From an uncultured Planctomycetia bacterium (GTDB lineage Bacteria > Omnitrophota > Gorgyraeia > Duberdicusellales > 4484-171): DNA of 64,000 bases. The notes under the pieces were generated by a model, which saw only the letters and a program-made list of their open reading frames with translations, searched no databases and was not told where the DNA came from. A program made the position numbers and the translations under genes. The stretch spans positions 146,276 to 210,275 of the forward strand of contig CAZAYU010000001.1 of the NCBI GenBank assembly GCA_964489445.1, given 5' to 3'. How positions within the stretch are numbered: position 1 is the stretch's first letter; the number at the start of each line of letters is the position of its first letter. Below, piece after piece: positions 59,768 through 64,000 of the stretch.

Positions 59768-60892
59768 TTATTTTTTCTTTAGCTCAATGCTCACGACTGT
59801 CTTTTTGAGAATTTTAATTTTTTTAATGATTGCCTGTGCCATTTCTTTGGTACCTACTGCCGATGGATCATCACGCAAGGCCTTTAAGTCGTACGTAACA
59901 GACACATTCTCCTCGATAACTTCTTTTACTGCCTGCCTCAAAATCAATGCTTTCTCTGATTCGTTTATGTGTTCAAGCATCAGAGCTGCAGACATGATAG
60001 TTGCAATCGGGTTAACTTTATTTTTTCCGGTATATTTTGGAGCACTTCCATGAGTCGGCTCAAAAATAGCTATTGTCTCGCCTATATTTGCACCAGCTGC
60101 TAATCCTAAACCACCAATTAAGCCAGCACCTAAATCAGAGATAATGTCTCCATAGAGATTAGGTAAAACCAAAACATCAAAGTTCTCCGGACGTTTTACC
60201 AGCTGCATTGATAAATTATCGACTATAACATCTTCGGCATTTATTTTTTCTTTAAATTCACTAGCTACTTTATAAAAATTATCTAAGAATAAACCGTCTG
60301 TACACTTCATAATATTTGCTTTATGCACGCAGGTTACTTTCTTACGTTTGTGCTTTAGTGCATATTCAAATGCAAAACGAGCAATCCGCTCAGAAGCAAA
60401 CACAGATATTGGCTTAATAGAGACTGCACTATCATTCCTTATCTGTTTTTCGGATAAACAATTAATTTCCTTGATTATCTTTATAGCCTCCGGAGTGCCT
60501 TCTGAAAACTCAATTCCTGCGTATAAATCTTCGGTATTTTCACGCATAATTACTATATCAACATCCTTACCGATCCCCGCAGGGATATTAAACGATTTAA
60601 TCGGACGCAGGCAAACGTATAAATCAAATATTTGACGCATTGCAACGTTAATAGAACGAAACCCTTTCCCCACAGGTGTCGTAATTGGCCCCTTTAGCGC
60701 TACTTTATTTTTTCTAATTGAGTCAAGCGTATCTTCCGGAAGAAGACTTCCGCAAGTTTTCAAGGCAATCTCTCCAGCTTGCTTTACTTCCCATTCTATA
60801 TCAACATCCAGAGCTTCCAAACAAGAAACTGCTGCATCAGTAACTTCTGGTCCAGTCCCGTCACCGGGTATTAGTGTAATCTTTTGCTTCAT
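59768..60892 (-). CDS. icd: Isocitrate dehydrogenase, probably NADP-dependent
   Basis: KGPITTPVG..FRSINVAMR (SxN isocitrate motif), NLYGDIISD, HGSAPKY, VTYD. Confidence 0.8.
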   Translation of the reverse strand: MKQKITLIPGDGTGPEVTDAAVSCLEALDVDIEWEVKQAGEIALKTCGSLLPEDTLDSIRKNKVALKGPITTPVGKGFRSINVAMRQIFDLYVCLRPIKSFNIPAGIGKDVDIVIMRENTEDLYAGIEFSEGTPEAIKIIKEINCLSEKQIRNDSAVSIKPISVFASERIARFAFEYALKHKRKKVTCVHKANIMKCTDGLFLDNFYKVASEFKEKINAEDVIVDNLSMQLVKRPENFDVLVLPNLYGDIISDLGAGLIGGLGLAAGANIGETIAIFEPTHGSAPKYTGKNKVNPIATIMSAALMLEHINESEKALILRQAVKEVIEENVSVTYDLKALRDDPSAVGTKEMAQAIIKKIKILKKTVVSIELKKK

Positions 60893-60930
60893 TTTTTAAT
60901 ACTCCCTGCTATTTCTTAACAAAATGGCTA

Positions 60931-61428
60931 TTAGATACCAAACCCGTTGTGTTTCTGTAAATAATTAACAATACCCTTTTGGACAATCAACTCCTTACGG
61001 AACCTATCCCAAGGACTAAAAGCTGTAATTTTTCTGCCATCTTTATTGATTGCTCCTTTATCATAATCAACAGATATCTGTTGATTTTCATTTAAGAAGG
61101 AAGTGTCCGCTTCAACTAATGCTAATCCGATATTAAAAGCATTACGATAAAAAATACGGGCAAAGCTTTTGGCTACAACGCAAAGCACTCCTGCTTCCTT
61201 TATTACCCACGGCGCTTGCTCACGTGAAGACCCCATGCCAAAATTTTCACCAGCAACAATTATCGGATTCTGCCCATTTATTTCTTTATAAAATCCCGGA
61301 CGAATGTCCTCAAACAAATAATAAGCAAGCTCTTTCATGTCAGTAATCGAGAACTTGTACCTTCCGGAAATTATCCAGTCAGTATTGATGTCATCCCCAA
61401 ACTTAAACACTCTGCCTTTAATAATCAT
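60931..61428 (-). CDS. leuD: Isopropylmalate isomerase/homoaconitase small subunit (LeuD/HacB type)
   Basis: [28 protein letters not shown]. Confidence 0.85.
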   Translation of the reverse strand: MIIKGRVFKFGDDINTDWIISGRYKFSITDMKELAYYLFEDIRPGFYKEINGQNPIIVAGENFGMGSSREQAPWVIKEAGVLCVVAKSFARIFYRNAFNIGLALVEADTSFLNENQQISVDYDKGAINKDGRKITAFSPWDRFRKELIVQKGIVNYLQKHNGFGI

Positions 61429-61501
61429 TTTTAATAAATATATACTTTATAAAACTATGCTTGATATTGTTTTTCTTTTCTTGTATCCACTCTTAGATAA
61501 A

Positions 61502-62551
61502 TTACAAACTTGCAAATTCGGCAACGCTTTTAACTCTACTTAATGCTACTTCTTTAGTAATAATCTGCTTCTTGTAAAGTTCCTTTAAAGACTTATCCAT
61601 TGTATGCATTCCGTATTGCGCACCCATTTGCAACAAAGAAGGAATCTGGGCGATGTCGTTCTCTCTTATTAAATTTCTAATTCCTGGTGTAGAAACCATA
61701 ACTTCTGTAGCCATAACCCGAGAATCACCTCCAACGGTAGGCAACAGCACCTGAGACACTACGCCTTGCAAACACTCAGCAAGCTGAACAGTAACCTGTC
61801 TCTGTTGGTATGGCGGAAACACATCAATTATTCTTTGTATTGTTTGCGGAGCATCGGGCGTATGCAAGGTGGCTAGGACTAAATGCCCGGTTTCAGCAGC
61901 GGTTAGAGTAGTAGATATCGTATCTAAATCACGCATCTCCCCTACAACAATTACATCCGGATCTTGGCGTAGCGTTCTCTTTAATGCCTCCGGAAATGAG
62001 TGAGTATCTGTATATAGCTCTCTTTGTTTTATAATGCTTCTTTTATTAGTATGGACAAATTCAATCGGATCTTCTATGGATATTATCATTTTTTCCTGCT
62101 CACTATTAATAAGGTCAACCATCGAAGCTAAAGTAGTGCTTTTTCCTGTACCAGTAGGACCAGTCACTAGTATCAAGCCTGTGGGTTTCTGTATAAAACT
62201 ATACACAATATCTGGAAGTCCCAATTTACCAATGGCTGGAATTTCCCGCGGAATCCGCCTTAACGCAGTTTCAACATTCCCCCTTTGATAATGAGTATTA
62301 ACCCGAAAACGATCCATGTTCGGAAGTGAAAAAGAAAAATCTAGTTCTTTATTATTCTCAAAAATAGCTTTTTGATCATCGCCGAGCATGCTATACACTA
62401 ACGCCTTAGCATCCTCTCTTGTCAATGAGGGAAAGTCAGTGGGTAAAAGCTGCCCGTTAATTCTTAACACCGGAGGCCTACCGACAGTAATATGCAAATC
62501 GCTGGCTTTTCGCTCTTGAGTTAACTCAAGAAGAGTGTTAATGTCTACCAT
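61502..62551 (-). CDS. pilT: Type IV pilus retraction ATPase
   Basis: ASDLH, GPTGTGKSTT, EDPIEF, LRQDPD, AETGHLV..TLH, GIRNLIRE. Confidence 0.93.
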   Translation of the reverse strand: MVDINTLLELTQERKASDLHITVGRPPVLRINGQLLPTDFPSLTREDAKALVYSMLGDDQKAIFENNKELDFSFSLPNMDRFRVNTHYQRGNVETALRRIPREIPAIGKLGLPDIVYSFIQKPTGLILVTGPTGTGKSTTLASMVDLINSEQEKMIISIEDPIEFVHTNKRSIIKQRELYTDTHSFPEALKRTLRQDPDVIVVGEMRDLDTISTTLTAAETGHLVLATLHTPDAPQTIQRIIDVFPPYQQRQVTVQLAECLQGVVSQVLLPTVGGDSRVMATEVMVSTPGIRNLIRENDIAQIPSLLQMGAQYGMHTMDKSLKELYKKQIITKEVALSRVKSVAEFASL

Positions 62552-62633
62552 ATTTGAACCTCCTGGCTATCTATCATCAAATGAAAATACATAATATTTG
62601 TATTACAGATAGTATACACATAAAATTTATGCA

Positions 62634-63887
62634 CTATGCTGTTAAATATTTTCTCGGATCTTCTATCTTCCCTTTAATTGCCGAAGCAACTACCGTTGCT
62701 GGAGAAGCCAGATAAATATAACTATTAGGATTACCCATTCTCCCTTTAAAATTTCTGTTTGCCGTAGAAATTGCCACCTCCTCATCAGCAAGAACACCTT
62801 GATGAGTTCCTACACAAGGACCGCAACCAACCGGTAAAATTACTGCCCCAGCATCTAAAAAAGTCTTTACTAATCCCTTTTTTAGTGCCTGGGAAAATAT
62901 TTTTTCGGAAGCTGGGGCGACAAATAATTTAACATGCTGATGCACTTTCCTATTTTTTAGAATAGAAGCAGCAATCGTCAGATCTTCTAACCGCCCATTA
63001 GTACAAGTTCCTAAAAATGCTTGGTCGATTTTTATTCCTCGCAGCTTACTTACCGGAAAACTATTATCAACACTATGTGGCTTAGCAACATAAGGCGATA
63101 TTTTAGAAATATTAAACTCTAATATTTTTTCATAAGCACAATCTTGATCTGAGTAAATAGGATTATACCTTCCGGAAATATGTTTTAAAAAATGTTTTAC
63201 TTTCTTATCCGGGGCAATTAAACCACACTTTGCTCCAAACTCAATGCTCATATTAGTAATTGTAAATCGGGCATCCATTGAAAATTTATCAACCACTTCT
63301 CCAGAAAATTCCACCGCTTTGTAGGTAGCACCATTAGACCCTAATTTACTAATTATATATAAAATTACATCCTTACTATAAACCCCTGGCGGAAGTTTCC
63401 CATTAATTACAATTTTAAAAGTCGCGGGTACTTTAAACCAATTCATCCCGGTAGCAAGAGTAACTGCTAAATCTGTAGAACCCACACCGAACGCTGCCGC
63501 GCCTAATGCTCCAGCGGTTGAAGTGTGTGAATCTGCTCCTAGTATCAGCCTTCCCGGAAAGGCAATGCCCTCTTCTGCTACTAGTTGATGTGACACGCCA
63601 CACCCAACATCAAATAATCTATTTTTGTTTTTTTTTGAAAATGCCCGCATGCGAGAATGAATTCTTGCAACCCCGATATTTGGAGCAGGACTGCTATGAT
63701 CAATAAACATCGCATACCGTTTAGGATTAATAATATTTTTTTTAAGATTAGAAATGCTATCCAACACCAAAGAGGTAGTTCCATCTTGAGAAAAACAAAA
63801 ATCAACTTTGCAAACTCCAACGTCACCAGCACGCAAAGATCTTCCGGAATGATTACTGAGTATTTTCTCAATTATTGTTTTTCCCAT
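62634..63887 (-). CDS. leuC: Isopropylmalate isomerase/homoaconitase large subunit (LeuC/HacA type)
   Basis: GADSHT, GTCTNGR, CGPCVG, NRNFKGRMG. Confidence 0.87.
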   Translation of the reverse strand: MGKTIIEKILSNHSGRSLRAGDVGVCKVDFCFSQDGTTSLVLDSISNLKKNIINPKRYAMFIDHSSPAPNIGVARIHSRMRAFSKKNKNRLFDVGCGVSHQLVAEEGIAFPGRLILGADSHTSTAGALGAAAFGVGSTDLAVTLATGMNWFKVPATFKIVINGKLPPGVYSKDVILYIISKLGSNGATYKAVEFSGEVVDKFSMDARFTITNMSIEFGAKCGLIAPDKKVKHFLKHISGRYNPIYSDQDCAYEKILEFNISKISPYVAKPHSVDNSFPVSKLRGIKIDQAFLGTCTNGRLEDLTIAASILKNRKVHQHVKLFVAPASEKIFSQALKKGLVKTFLDAGAVILPVGCGPCVGTHQGVLADEEVAISTANRNFKGRMGNPNSYIYLASPATVVASAIKGKIEDPRKYLTA

Positions 63888-63899
63888 ATTCCTTGACTT

Positions 63900-64000
63900 T
63901 TATTTTAACGTCTTAAGAAAATTTTTCACTCTTTCGGTGCCTTTCTTAATTTGCTCAATCCCCGTTGCAAAGCTAAACCGAACAAATCCTTCCGCACCAA
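63900..64000 (-). CDS. PLP-dependent (aspartate) aminotransferase, C-terminal fragment
   Basis: Manual translation GAEGFVRFSFATGIEQIKKGTERVKNFLKTLK*, class I/II aminotransferase C-terminus. Confidence 0.75.
   Translation of the reverse strand, partial: GAEGFVRFSFATGIEQIKKGTERVKNFLKTLK

Overview
AT-rich bacterial chromosomal segment with almost all genes on the minus strand; no CRISPR array, rRNA or transposase was seen. Gene content suggests an anaerobic diderm, most likely Candidatus Omnitrophota (OP3); this is an inference. Left to right the window holds: a partial TPR protein; dinB; an M48 protease; mscS; a PD-(D/E)XK nuclease; an ABC-F ATPase; a 1054-aa EF-G fused to an N-terminal membrane anchor and coiled coil; uppP; a B12 uptake cluster (btuF-btuC-btuD, cobalamin riboswitch, TonB-dependent receptor) beside tRNA-Arg(CCU); glyQS-ppdK-sigma70-apt; a complete [FeFe]-hydrogenase operon (rex, hydC/B/A, AhpD-like gene, structured attenuator-like RNA, TM1266-type regulator, aspA, hydF, hydG, hydE); a lipid A/core LPS cluster with two fusion enzymes; aroK-dprA-topA-xerC; an acyl-CoA dehydrogenase; a lone secreted fibre/adhesin-like gene; and an aminotransferase-leuC-pilT-leuD-icd-mdh-lpdA cluster. 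The best candidates for new biology are (1) the membrane-tethered EF-G, (2) an orphan riboswitch/attenuator-like RNA in front of the hydrogenase maturases, (3) a hydrogenase with non-bifurcating signatures and a degenerate HydC, and (4) the secreted 'TYYPAP' fibre-like protein.
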